A DNA stretch of 64,000 bases from Minisyncoccota bacterium (GTDB lineage Bacteria; Patescibacteriota; Minisyncoccia; Phycocordibacterales; UBA9973), in assembly GCA_041664745.1 (NCBI GenBank), contig JBAYKD010000001.1:106551-170550 (forward strand), in the 5' to 3' direction. The notes under the pieces were generated by a model. The model was not told where the DNA came from and ran no database searches. It saw only the letters and a program-made list of their open reading frames with translations. Positions within the stretch are counted from its first letter, which is position 1, and each line of letters starts with the position of its first letter. Shown here one piece after another: positions 8,055 through 17,663 of this stretch. The translations under genes and the position numbers were made by a program.

Positions 8055-9470
8055 CTATGCTAATAATTCTTTTAATAATTTCTGCACAAGGCTTGGATTT
8101 GCACTACCCTTGCTTTCTTTCATGACTTGTCCAACTAAAGACATTATAGCATTTTCCTTACCACTTTTATATGTAGCGACAACTGTTGGATTGGCGTCGA
8201 TTATTCTTTGAACTATTTCTTTCAAAGTTCCTTCATCGTGATTTTGTATTAAACCTTTTTCTTCTGCTATTTTTAATGGAGATTCATCTTTTAGAACAAT
8301 TATAGCTAAGATGTCTTTTGCCCCACGTGAAGATATTTTACCATCACTCACCATATTGATAAGCTCAGAAAAATTCTCTGCGTTTGGAAGTTTAATCCCC
8401 ACGTTAATTTTCTTGAGTCCTAGATAGTCAGAAGTTGTGTAGTTTGAAGCAGTTTTAACCTTTTCTTTATCAGTTAATATTTTTGCTACATTTTCAAACC
8501 ATGACCCAAGTTCTTGATCAACAATATAACTTTCAATATCTTCATCTTTAATACCGTAATCATTTCTGTATTTATTTCTCTTTGATTCTGGAAGTAGAGG
8601 TAGTTCTCCTCTCATTTTCTCTATATCAAAAATTTTACTTAGATAAAGCTTTGGTAAATCTGGGTCTGGGAAGTAACGGTAATCATTAGCATTCTCTTTT
8701 TTACGTTGAGAGAAAGTAGATTGTTTGTTCTCGTCCCAACCACGAGTCTCCTGAACTATCTCATCACCACGGCCTTCATCTAACAGTGCAGTCATTCTTT
8801 TTACTTCATATTCAGCTGCGCGCTCCATTGCTTTGAAAGAATTTATATTTTTAACTTCTACTTTAGTGCCAAATATTTTTGGATCTTCTGAAATGGAAAT
8901 ATTAAGCTCTACTCGCATCTGGCCTTTCTCCATGTTTGCTTCTGATACTCCTAAATATCTTAAAACTATTTGAAGTTCTCGCCCAAAATCTCCTGCTTGC
9001 TTAGCAGAATGTATTACTGGTTCTGTGACAAGCTCCATAAGAGGAACGCCTGCACGATTGAAATCAACAAGAGAATAATCCCCTCGGTCATGCTTACTTG
9101 TTGCTGTATCTTCTTCTAAGTGCACACGAGTGATATCTACTCCCTTAAGAGAACCACCCGAAACAATTGGGTATTTGTATTGAGATATCTGATATCCTTT
9201 TGGAATATCTGGATAGAAGTAATTCTTTCGATCAAATTCTGTAAAGTTAGCTATATTTGCACCAAGAGCAAGACCCACTTTGATAACACTCTCTACGGCC
9301 TTCTTATTTATTACAGGTAAGGTTCCAGGATGAGCCATACAGACAGGACATATATTTACGTTTGGTGTTATTTCATCAGGATCATTTTTACACCCACAAA
9401 ACATCTTTGAATTAGTGTGTAATTCTGCATGAATCTCAAGTCCTATAGTGGTATAATATTGCTTTGACAT
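8055..9470 (-). CDS. gatB: Asp/Glu-tRNA amidotransferase subunit B
   Basis: IGLEIHAEL, FDRKNYFYPD, DFNRAGVPLMELVTEP, DYRYFPDPDL. Confidence 0.97.
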   Translation of the reverse strand: MSKQYYTTIGLEIHAELHTNSKMFCGCKNDPDEITPNVNICPVCMAHPGTLPVINKKAVESVIKVGLALGANIANFTEFDRKNYFYPDIPKGYQISQYKYPIVSGGSLKGVDITRVHLEEDTATSKHDRGDYSLVDFNRAGVPLMELVTEPVIHSAKQAGDFGRELQIVLRYLGVSEANMEKGQMRVELNISISEDPKIFGTKVEVKNINSFKAMERAAEYEVKRMTALLDEGRGDEIVQETRGWDENKQSTFSQRKKENANDYRYFPDPDLPKLYLSKIFDIEKMRGELPLLPESKRNKYRNDYGIKDEDIESYIVDQELGSWFENVAKILTDKEKVKTASNYTTSDYLGLKKINVGIKLPNAENFSELINMVSDGKISSRGAKDILAIIVLKDESPLKIAEEKGLIQNHDEGTLKEIVQRIIDANPTVVATYKSGKENAIMSLVGQVMKESKGSANPSLVQKLLKELLA

Positions 9471-9536
9471 AATAGGAGTATAGCAAAATTTGTAAAAATT
9501 TGAAAATTATGTAAGAATATTAGCTGTAAGTCACTT

Positions 9537-9621
9537 GCCCGAGTGGCGGAACTGGTATACGCGCACGACTTAAAATCGTGTCTCGTAAGGGATGTGGGTT
9601 CGACCCCCACCTCGGGCACCA
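9537..9621 (+). tRNA. tRNA-Leu(TAA)
   Basis: Acceptor stem GCCCGAG/CTCGGGC, D-arm TGGCGGAACTGGTATACGC, anticodon arm CACGA-CTTAAAA-TCGTG, long variable arm, GGTTCGA T-loop, encoded CCA. Confidence 0.96.
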
Positions 9622-9789
9622 AATGAAAAGCTGGCTTTTGCCAGTCTTTTTATTTGTGCCCGAAGCAAACAAACTGCTTTGTTTGCGAGGTGGAAATCGA
9701 AAAGCTTTTCGTTTTTCAGTATTAACTGAAACGAAAAGGTATACTGTTCCTGTAAGGAAAGATATCCCACCTCGGGCACCAAATGAAAA
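9606..9789 (+). repeat. 24-bp direct repeat of the tRNA 3' end enclosing an inverted copy and hairpins
   Basis: CCCACCTCGGGCACCAAATGAAAA at 9606-9629 and 9766-9789; inverted tRNA-3' similarity at 9652-9701. Confidence 0.85.
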
Positions 9790-9809
9790 AGTTAGGAAGT
9801 AGAACTTCC

Positions 9810-10277
9810 TTAATTTTTTTGTATGTCTAGTATAGAAATAATTTCTAAATGCAGATTATTCATATTTTCTTTGTTTAAATCATAAATAGGTAAATATTTT
9901 ATATCAATAATTTCATCTTTATGTATAAGGGTATCATTCTGTTCTCCTATTTCTAGTATTTTAAAGAAAGACATACTGGAATCAAAGAAAATATCTAGAT
10001 CATCTGCATAGAATTTTGTCTGTATCTGGTATATTGGATTTTCTTCTAATTTAAGAACTTCACTGCCTGTCTCTTCTAAAAATTCTCTCTTTAAAGTATC
10101 TATTAAATTTTCATTTAATTCTTTCCCTCCACCAGGAAATTCCCAAATATCAACCCAGCTTGGTTTAACAAGTAAAACTTCTCCATTTTTTATATAGATT
10201 CCATTAGCTGATTCTCTTTTTTGAGATTCAATATTATCTGGTTTTTCGTGATGATTCCCTTTTCTGTCTTTATACAT
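9810..10277 (-). CDS. NUDIX hydrolase
   Basis: Nudix box PGGGKELNENLIDTLKREFLEETG; start set at MYKDRK. Confidence 0.85.
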   Translation of the reverse strand: MYKDRKGNHHEKPDNIESQKRESANGIYIKNGEVLLVKPSWVDIWEFPGGGKELNENLIDTLKREFLEETGSEVLKLEENPIYQIQTKFYADDLDIFFDSSMSFFKILEIGEQNDTLIHKDEIIDIKYLPIYDLNKENMNNLHLEIISILDIQKN

Positions 10278-10281
10278 AAAA

Positions 10282-11535
10282 TTACAACTTTGGTAAATAG
10301 AGTGATGGATTAAGATAAGCACTTAAGGCTGCAATAGGCTGAGTGAATATTTTGCCGTTACAAGCTTTACTTGGAACTGTATCAACCTTTACTCCAGTAG
10401 AGGCATAGACTGCTACGTGTAAATGAGGACCAGTTGATGATCCTGTATTTCCAGAGAGGGCTACTATATCTCCTTTCTTAACTGTGTCGCCAACTGATGC
10501 TTTTATCTCTGATAAATGTCCATAAGTACTTGAAAGTCCATTATTATATTTTATAAAAACCCATTTACCAAAAGAAGCTCCCTTACAAGCAATATCTGTA
10601 TCTCCTGTACCTTCCACTGTTCCAGATGCCATAGAAAATACATTACTTCCAACCTTCGCTCTAAAATCTAGTCCATAGTGGAATTTACCCCATCTAGAAC
10701 CATACGGAGAAGTTATTGTTATGGCACTAAGCGGCCAAGATAATACTCCAGATCCTGCTTTCGGTAAAAGTTTTGGATTTAAAATGAATTTTATTTGAGC
10801 CTCATAATCCTCTATAGATTTTTCAAAAGTTTCTTTTCTTTTTAATTGTTCCGCTAACATTTTTTGATATTCTGATTCTTTATTTTTTGTTGCAACCAAA
10901 AGACTGTCCTTCTCTTTTTTGTTTGCTGTTATTTCTAATTCTTTAGCGGTTAAGGTTTTTTTAAGAGTATTGAGGACTTGTTGTTCGTCTTCTTTTTTAA
11001 CCTTAGATACAACTAGGGTATTTTTCTGAATAGATACATTTTCAATATTGTCTTTTATTTCCCTATTTAAACTTATAACATTATTGTATTCACGACTTAA
11101 ATCACTTAAACTATTTTGTGATAAAAAGTTTTGCAAAAAACCAGTATTATCTTGCTGATACAAATCTCTCAATAAAACAGCTAGTGAATCTCTCGATTTA
11201 TTTAAAATACTGTTTTTTGTGATAATTTCATTATCTAAACTTTTTATCACAAGACCCGTAGCTTTAATTTTCTTTTCTGTTTGTTGTCTTTCTTTGACCA
11301 GCTTATCTTTTTTAAGGGTTAAGTCTTTTATTGCACTCGCTAATGTTTTTTTCTGTTCGGCAGTTATTGCTATCTGGCCAGAGAGAGCAGCTATTTCTTT
11401 ATTTATCTTTTCAATTTCACTATTAGCAGTATCTATTTGGTTTCTTAATTGACTCTCCGTTTCCGCATATGAAAAAGTCGAAAAAGCGAATAGGGCTAAT
11501 ACGGTAAAGATTGTACTCCATATGTATTTCTTCAT
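10282..11535 (-). CDS. Secreted coiled-coil M23 peptidase (EnvC/MepM-like)
   Basis: Signal peptide, long coiled coil, HYGLD, YGHL, GNTGSSTGPHLH. Confidence 0.9.
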   Translation of the reverse strand: MKKYIWSTIFTVLALFAFSTFSYAETESQLRNQIDTANSEIEKINKEIAALSGQIAITAEQKKTLASAIKDLTLKKDKLVKERQQTEKKIKATGLVIKSLDNEIITKNSILNKSRDSLAVLLRDLYQQDNTGFLQNFLSQNSLSDLSREYNNVISLNREIKDNIENVSIQKNTLVVSKVKKEDEQQVLNTLKKTLTAKELEITANKKEKDSLLVATKNKESEYQKMLAEQLKRKETFEKSIEDYEAQIKFILNPKLLPKAGSGVLSWPLSAITITSPYGSRWGKFHYGLDFRAKVGSNVFSMASGTVEGTGDTDIACKGASFGKWVFIKYNNGLSSTYGHLSEIKASVGDTVKKGDIVALSGNTGSSTGPHLHVAVYASTGVKVDTVPSKACNGKIFTQPIAALSAYLNPSLYLPKL

Positions 11536-11551
11536 CACAATTCTTATTATA

Positions 11552-12997
11552 CTACATTTCTTGACTTAACACTGAAATTGCTTTGTTTATACGGCTTATA
11601 GTCTCTTTTTTACCCAAAATATCAGTTAAAATGAAAGGATCTGGTGACTTATCGAGCCCTGATAGAGCAAAACGTATAGGATGAAGAATTTGTCCTCTAT
11701 TTTCCTTACTGTCTGCAAGCTCCATTAGGAATATTTTGATATTATCTTTATTAAATTGAAACTCTTCGGTCTTTTCTATTATTTCTAATACTTCTTTTAA
11801 ATTTGATATTGTTTTGTCCTTGTCCGTATCTTTATAAATTAATTTACTAGCTTCATAAACAGGCTCTTTATAAAAGAAATCAAGTTCCCCGTTCTCTACC
11901 ATCGTTTTAATGTCTCCAAACTTAGAGATTCTTTCTGTGATGACAGGAATAATCTTTTTAATTTGGAGCTCTATGGGAAGCCAAGCAAATACATATTTTT
12001 CTAATTCATTTTCTCCCAATAATTTTATATGTTCCTTATTTATCCAATCAAGTTTCTCTTCGTTGTATTTACCTCCACTTATATGAATTTGCTCAATTTC
12101 AAAAAGATCAATAAATTCATCAGAAGTTAAAATTTCTTTTTCTCCCTTAGGACTCCATCCAATAAATGCCAAGAAGTTTAACATCGCACTCGGTAAATAC
12201 CCTTCCTTTTCATATTCTAAAAAGTCTTTTGCTCCATCTCTTTTACCAAGCTTCTTTTTTCCATCAGGTCCCATTATTGGAGGTAAGGTTGCGTATTCTG
12301 GTCTTTTTATATCAAGTGCTTCGTATATTGATAGAAACTTAGGAGTAGAAGATATAAATTCGTCTCCACGCATGACGTGCGTGACATCCATTTCTAAATC
12401 ATCAATAATGTGTGCGAAGTTGTAAGTTGGATACCCATCGCTTTTAATCAATATAAAATCATCAAGTGCTTCAGGGCCCGCGGATAATTTGCCACGAACA
12501 AGATCATTCCATTCATAACTTTTAATATCTTTAACTTTGAAACGAAGTGGTTTAGTTCCATCCCAAACTGGAGGATTTTCTGGTCTATGATCTCTATATA
12601 AGAATGGTCTTTTTTCTTCATCAGCTTTTTTTCTAAAAGCCTCGACTTCTTCTTCTGTATAAGGATCAGCATATGCATAGCCCTTTTCGATTAAAATCTG
12701 TGCATATTTTTTGTATGATTCTAATCTTTCTGATTGTTTATATGGAGCATGTGGGCCACCAATATCAGGACCTTCATTCCAATTAATATTAAGCCACTTA
12801 AGAGATTTTATTATATGATCTATTGATCCATCTACTTCACGAGCTTTATCTGTATCTTCTATTCTTAAAATAAAAGTGCCATTATTCTTCTTAGCATAAG
12901 CCCAAGCATACAAAGCGGTACGAATACCACCAATGTGTAGATATCCAGTCGGGGACGGAGCAAAACGCGTAACTACTTTTTGTTTTTGATTTTCCAT
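11552..12997 (-). CDS. gltX: Glutamate--tRNA ligase
   Basis: RFAPSPTGYLHIG, LRIEDTD, KLGKR. Confidence 0.97.
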   Translation of the reverse strand: MENQKQKVVTRFAPSPTGYLHIGGIRTALYAWAYAKKNNGTFILRIEDTDKAREVDGSIDHIIKSLKWLNINWNEGPDIGGPHAPYKQSERLESYKKYAQILIEKGYAYADPYTEEEVEAFRKKADEEKRPFLYRDHRPENPPVWDGTKPLRFKVKDIKSYEWNDLVRGKLSAGPEALDDFILIKSDGYPTYNFAHIIDDLEMDVTHVMRGDEFISSTPKFLSIYEALDIKRPEYATLPPIMGPDGKKKLGKRDGAKDFLEYEKEGYLPSAMLNFLAFIGWSPKGEKEILTSDEFIDLFEIEQIHISGGKYNEEKLDWINKEHIKLLGENELEKYVFAWLPIELQIKKIIPVITERISKFGDIKTMVENGELDFFYKEPVYEASKLIYKDTDKDKTISNLKEVLEIIEKTEEFQFNKDNIKIFLMELADSKENRGQILHPIRFALSGLDKSPDPFILTDILGKKETISRINKAISVLSQEM

Positions 12998-12998
12998 A

Positions 12999-14129
12999 TT
13001 ATATTTCTTCGTGAGATTGTGCTATTTTAATCGCTTCATCTGCTATTTTAAACGCTGCGTCTTTATTAGCGAAACTTAAAGCTGCTTCTTTCATCTTTTC
13101 TCTCTTTTCTTTGTTGCTCATTATCTTATCGATTTCGGATATAAGAACATGAGGAGTTAAGTTGGTCTCATCAATGACTTCACAAGCCCCAGTTCTGGCA
13201 TAATTATAAGCATTCTTGCGTTGATGATCACCATTTGAATTTGTAATTGGTATTATTATAGATGGAATTCCCCATGAAGCTATTTCAAATATTGCAGAAC
13301 CAGCCCTTGAGATAATTATGTCAGCTATTCCGGCAGCCATTCGAGTTGCTAAATTGTTCAAATATGGAACTGCTACATAACGAGTCACGTTATCATTTTT
13401 TTCCATGACTAGTTTAGACCGAGATGATACATCGTCTATGTTATCTATTCCTGTTTGGTGGATTATTTGATATTTAGAAAGTAAATCAGGTAATACTTCT
13501 AATAAAATATTATTTATTGTTTCTGCACCTTGTGATCCTCCTATAACTAAAATAATTGGTAAGTTAGAATTTAATTTAAAAAATTCATGAGCACCCTCCT
13601 TACTTCCATTCAGAATATTTTTTCTTATTGGCTGACCAGTAAGAGCTGTTTTTTCTTTAGGTAAAAATTCTATTGCTTCAGGCCAAGAAATAGCTACTTT
13701 TTGTGCGAATTTAGCTGTCCAAATGTTTAATCTACCAGGATATGAATCTGATTCATGGACAATGACAGGAATTCGAAGTAATTTAGCAGCAAACACTGCT
13801 GGAAATGCAGCATAGCCACCTTTTGAAATAACTACATCAGGATAGATGAAGAACATAGAAATGAGACCAAAGAACATACCTGTTGCCGTCGAGAACATAT
13901 CAAAAAAGTTTTTAATAGAAAAGTATGTGCGCATTTTACCAGCAGGAATCTGAACATAAGTAATATTATTTTCAAAGAGCATACGCTTGTCGTATGGTTT
14001 ATCTGACATGTAGTAAAGCTTCAAGTCTATTATTTTTTCTTTATCTGCTACCTCTGTTAACTTCTCAGCGATAGCTATTAATGGATAGAAATGTCCACCA
14101 GTCCCCCCTCCTGTAAGTAATATTTTCAT
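12999..14129 (-). CDS. murG: Lipid II GlcNAc transferase MurG
   Basis: GGGTGGH, GGY, GGSQG, HQRKNA. Confidence 0.95.
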   Translation of the reverse strand: MKILLTGGGTGGHFYPLIAIAEKLTEVADKEKIIDLKLYYMSDKPYDKRMLFENNITYVQIPAGKMRTYFSIKNFFDMFSTATGMFFGLISMFFIYPDVVISKGGYAAFPAVFAAKLLRIPVIVHESDSYPGRLNIWTAKFAQKVAISWPEAIEFLPKEKTALTGQPIRKNILNGSKEGAHEFFKLNSNLPIILVIGGSQGAETINNILLEVLPDLLSKYQIIHQTGIDNIDDVSSRSKLVMEKNDNVTRYVAVPYLNNLATRMAAGIADIIISRAGSAIFEIASWGIPSIIIPITNSNGDHQRKNAYNYARTGACEVIDETNLTPHVLISEIDKIMSNKEKREKMKEAALSFANKDAAFKIADEAIKIAQSHEEI

Positions 14130-14184
14130 ATAGGCTTAATTATAGCGTATTTGTATATTTTTTTCTAGTGAAGAATACAAGGTC

Positions 14185-15288
14185 TTATACTTGTTTCTTT
14201 TGAAATTTTGAGATATTTAGAATTATACCCATGAGACCGATATCTATAAGAAGCGCAGTCCCCCCTTGAGACATAAAAACGAGAGGGACGCCGGTTAATG
14301 GAAAAACACCTATTATAGAAGCAATATTCATAAAAGATTGGGCTGTAATCATTGTTATGATACCTATAACAAAAAGTTTACTAAAAGAGTCTGGTGCATA
14401 GTGGGCTATACGATAACCTCTTAATGAGAATGCCACATAAAGACAGATGATCAAAACTGAACCGATAAAACCAAGTTCTTCACCTACAACAGCAAAGATT
14501 GAATCCCCTTGTGGTTCGGGTAAATAATTAAACTTTTGAATACTTTGACCCAAACCTCTACCCATAACTCCACCTGAACCGACAGCAATGAGAGATTGTT
14601 GAATCTGGTAAGAAGAAGTACTACCATTTTCGTTGGGATTCAAAAACGTAGTTATTCTACTTTTCAAATATGGAGTCGTAAAAGCAAGAATTACAAAAGC
14701 AATAACAGAAACCAAAAATAAACCAAGAATATATTTCCATGGAGTACCGGAAACAAAAAGCATTACAAGTCCAGTTGCAGTAATTAGAATTAGACTTTTT
14801 GTATCAGGTTGTTTAATTAGCAAAGCGGCAATAATTCCAATTAGAACAATAAGAGGTAAAAGACTGAAACGAATATCTTTTACCTTTCCTTTCATGGAAG
14901 AAAGCCATGCAGCAAAATATATAATGAATCCGATTTTAAGAAATTCTACAGGTTGTAAAGAAATACCAAAAACATTTATCCATCGGCGTGATCCTCCATG
15001 TTCAAATCCTAGTCCAGGCACAAAAACAAGTGCAGTTACTATTATAGAAGCTATAAATATAGGTAGTGAATATGCTCGCCAAAATTTATAAGGTATACGT
15101 AATCCAAAATAAAGAGTTACGAGTCCACCGACAAGTCCATAAACTAACTGACTAAAGATAACACTATTAAATTTAGGTACATTCTTATTTAAAATACCAA
15201 GTGAAGCCGAAACAAACATGATCACTCCTATGATTAAAAGAGAGAGAACTATACTAAAAAATATTTTGTCGATTTTATTATTATTCAT
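14185..15288 (-). CDS. ftsW: SEDS peptidoglycan polymerase FtsW
   Basis: RRWI, QPVEFLK, QPD, YLPEPQGDSIFAVVGEELG, LTGVPLVFMSQGG; lies between mraY and murG. Confidence 0.92.
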   Translation of the reverse strand: MNNNKIDKIFFSIVLSLLIIGVIMFVSASLGILNKNVPKFNSVIFSQLVYGLVGGLVTLYFGLRIPYKFWRAYSLPIFIASIIVTALVFVPGLGFEHGGSRRWINVFGISLQPVEFLKIGFIIYFAAWLSSMKGKVKDIRFSLLPLIVLIGIIAALLIKQPDTKSLILITATGLVMLFVSGTPWKYILGLFLVSVIAFVILAFTTPYLKSRITTFLNPNENGSTSSYQIQQSLIAVGSGGVMGRGLGQSIQKFNYLPEPQGDSIFAVVGEELGFIGSVLIICLYVAFSLRGYRIAHYAPDSFSKLFVIGIITMITAQSFMNIASIIGVFPLTGVPLVFMSQGGTALLIDIGLMGIILNISKFQKKQV

Positions 15289-15297
15289 TTATAAACT

Positions 15298-16356
15298 TTA
15301 ACTTATAAGAGCAAGCACAACACCCATGATCGCTGTCATAATACCTACTATCCAATAACGCATTGTTACTTTATATTTAGGCCAACCAAGTGCTTCAAAG
15401 TGATGATGCAGTGGTGCAAAAAGAAAAACCTTTTTACCATTTCTTAATTTTCGTGAAGCTATTTGTATTATATTCGATAAGGAAGTTATAAATAAAGGAA
15501 AAGCAATTATTGGTAAAAGCAATACAGTGTTTGTCATAAATGCTATAACTGACAGGGTCACAGTGAGCCCTATCATGCCCGTTTCCCCCATGTAAAAGCG
15601 CGCTGGAGGTATGTTAAACCATAGGAATGCTAGTATAGCACCCGTTATAACAGCACAAAACGTTGCAATATCAAACTGATTATTAAAGAATGCTATAAGT
15701 GTATATGCAGCAAAAATAGAAGATAAAACTCCACCTGAGAGACCATCTACTCCATCTATAACACTAGTTGACCACAAAGAAATCATTACCAACATAAAAA
15801 ATGGAATAAAAAGATAGCTCAGATTTACTAAACCATACCAAGGGATGTATAAATCTGTAACACCAAGTTTTATATAAAACCAAAGTCCAATAATTAATCC
15901 TAACGTTAGAATGATTCCTATTTTGATATATCTTAACACTATTGGATCTGTGGTCCATTTACCCTTCCCAAAAATTTGAAGAAAGTCATCACCAAGGCCA
16001 ATAATAGAAGCGACAATCAAAGTAAAGAATGGGAGTAGTGTCTGGCTACGACTTATAAAATACATTTTCATTGATGCATCATTTATAAATAAGAAATCAA
16101 TCATTGCGATAATAGCGACAGTAAGAATTACAGATATCCATATTATCATTCCTCCTGTACGTGGAGTGGAAACTTCAGCTGCTGTATCGTGAATTTTAGA
16201 AAAAATGCTTCCCTCTTTTTCTGGAATATTATTATCTCTAGAGACTCTGCGCCACATTTTGTATTTATAAAAATAATGTGTCGCCAAAGGTGTTAAAGAA
16301 ATACCAACGATGAAGCTTATGATTGCTGGTAAAAAAATTTTAATAGCATTAGTCAT
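15298..16356 (-). CDS. mraY: Phospho-MurNAc-pentapeptide transferase
   Basis: TPRTGG, DD, DGVDGL, FYMGETG, APLHHHFE. Confidence 0.95.
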   Translation of the reverse strand: MTNAIKIFLPAIISFIVGISLTPLATHYFYKYKMWRRVSRDNNIPEKEGSIFSKIHDTAAEVSTPRTGGMIIWISVILTVAIIAMIDFLFINDASMKMYFISRSQTLLPFFTLIVASIIGLGDDFLQIFGKGKWTTDPIVLRYIKIGIILTLGLIIGLWFYIKLGVTDLYIPWYGLVNLSYLFIPFFMLVMISLWSTSVIDGVDGLSGGVLSSIFAAYTLIAFFNNQFDIATFCAVITGAILAFLWFNIPPARFYMGETGMIGLTVTLSVIAFMTNTVLLLPIIAFPLFITSLSNIIQIASRKLRNGKKVFLFAPLHHHFEALGWPKYKVTMRYWIVGIMTAIMGVVLALIS

Positions 16357-16894
16357 TATTTTCGTTTTGATTAATTACATCTGTTAAAGAAAGAGATACT
16401 TGTTCATAATTGGGTAATTCTTTTATGGAAGTTATACCCATATACGAAAGTGCTCCAAAAGTTGGCCGGTAAAGAATTTTTCTACTATCTTTACTGTCTA
16501 CTATTTTTTCAATAAGTCCACGAACCAATAAATTACGTAATATAAAACTCGAATTAACTCCACGTATATAGTCTATCTCACTTCTTCCAATTCCATTTTT
16601 ATATAAAACAATAGATAAAGTTTCTAGTGATGCTTTTGAAAGTTCTTTATTAATCTCCTCTTTACGTATTTTTTCTATAAGAGGTGATAATTCTCCTGTA
16701 ATACCTAGCACAACCTTGTCATCCTTCCTTACTAATACAAGTCCTCGTGCTAAAAGTGAATGGTCAAGCTTGTTTAATGCATCTTCTATACTTGCTTCAC
16801 TCACTGCTAAAAATTCAGCTAATTTTTTAATAGTTACATCTTCTCCTTTATAAAAAAGTAAACCTTCAATTTTTGATTCTAGTTCTATGGCCAT
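16349..16894 (-). CDS. scpB: SMC-Scp complex subunit ScpB
   Basis: LSKASLETLSIV, EIDYIRGVNS. Confidence 0.93.
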   Translation of the reverse strand: MAIELESKIEGLLFYKGEDVTIKKLAEFLAVSEASIEDALNKLDHSLLARGLVLVRKDDKVVLGITGELSPLIEKIRKEEINKELSKASLETLSIVLYKNGIGRSEIDYIRGVNSSFILRNLLVRGLIEKIVDSKDSRKILYRPTFGALSYMGITSIKELPNYEQVSLSLTDVINQNENND

Positions 16895-16895
16895 A

Positions 16896-17657
16896 CTATT
16901 CTTCGTTATTTATTAATACTTGTTTATTCATTTCAATGTCTCCAAACGATGCCGTTTGTATCACATCTATCAATCCTTCTCTAACCAATTCTAACATAGC
17001 TAGGAATGAAACGATAATATGGACTTTCATTTCATCTCCATCTCCTGCTCCATGGCTCTGAGAGAACTCCCTGAAAGAAATGTTCATGGCGTTCTGTATT
17101 CGATCTGTGAGGCTGTTTATGATTTGATCTATGTTTATAATTTTCTTTATTTGTATTTCTGGTAACTTAGCTTCTTTTTTAGGAACTTGTTTAAGGATGT
17201 CATTAATACAATTAGTAACATTTACTATAGTTATCGATGGGTCTGGTAAAAACATTGGTTCACTCCAAATACGATCAACTGGTGTAAATATTATATTAAC
17301 TCCAAAATTATTCTTTATATCAATACTGGCATTTTTAATAATTTGATAAATTTTTAGTCTCTTCTCTAGGTCCACAATTTTCTCTGTCTCGTCAATAGTA
17401 AGATCTAAATTGGGTAATAAAGACTTAGACTTAATCAGTATAAGAGTTGCAGCGACAAGAATAAAATAAGATACATCATTTATACTTCTGTTCTCTTCAC
17501 TCAAAGATTTCACATAAGCTATATAATCATTGGTAACTTCTGCCAGTGAAATCTCATTCACAAAAAGCTTTCTTTGTTCTATTAGAGAAAGAAGTATATC
17601 AAGTGGTCCCTCAAAAGTACCTTGTTTTACTTTATATTGTGAAATAATTTCTGGCAT
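16896..17657 (-). CDS. scpA: SMC-Scp complex subunit ScpA
   Basis: FEGPLDILL, AATLILIKSKSLLP, FLAMLEL. Confidence 0.93.
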   Translation of the reverse strand: MPEIISQYKVKQGTFEGPLDILLSLIEQRKLFVNEISLAEVTNDYIAYVKSLSEENRSINDVSYFILVAATLILIKSKSLLPNLDLTIDETEKIVDLEKRLKIYQIIKNASIDIKNNFGVNIIFTPVDRIWSEPMFLPDPSITIVNVTNCINDILKQVPKKEAKLPEIQIKKIINIDQIINSLTDRIQNAMNISFREFSQSHGAGDGDEMKVHIIVSFLAMLELVREGLIDVIQTASFGDIEMNKQVLINNEE

Positions 17658-17663
17658 ATTAAA

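Noticed and set aside
9606-9789. Prophage or integrative island at tRNA-Leu (attL/attR)
   Set aside because: The repeats are only 160 bp apart and there is no integrase or cargo; kept only as a small element.
9570-9802. ORFs 9570-9782 (-) and 9578-9802 (+)
   Set aside because: They overlap tRNA-Leu and its repeat element and show no protein features.
12669-12676. GCATATGC core inside gltX
   Set aside because: No TGTCTA/TAGACA arms; explained by the codons for YAYA.
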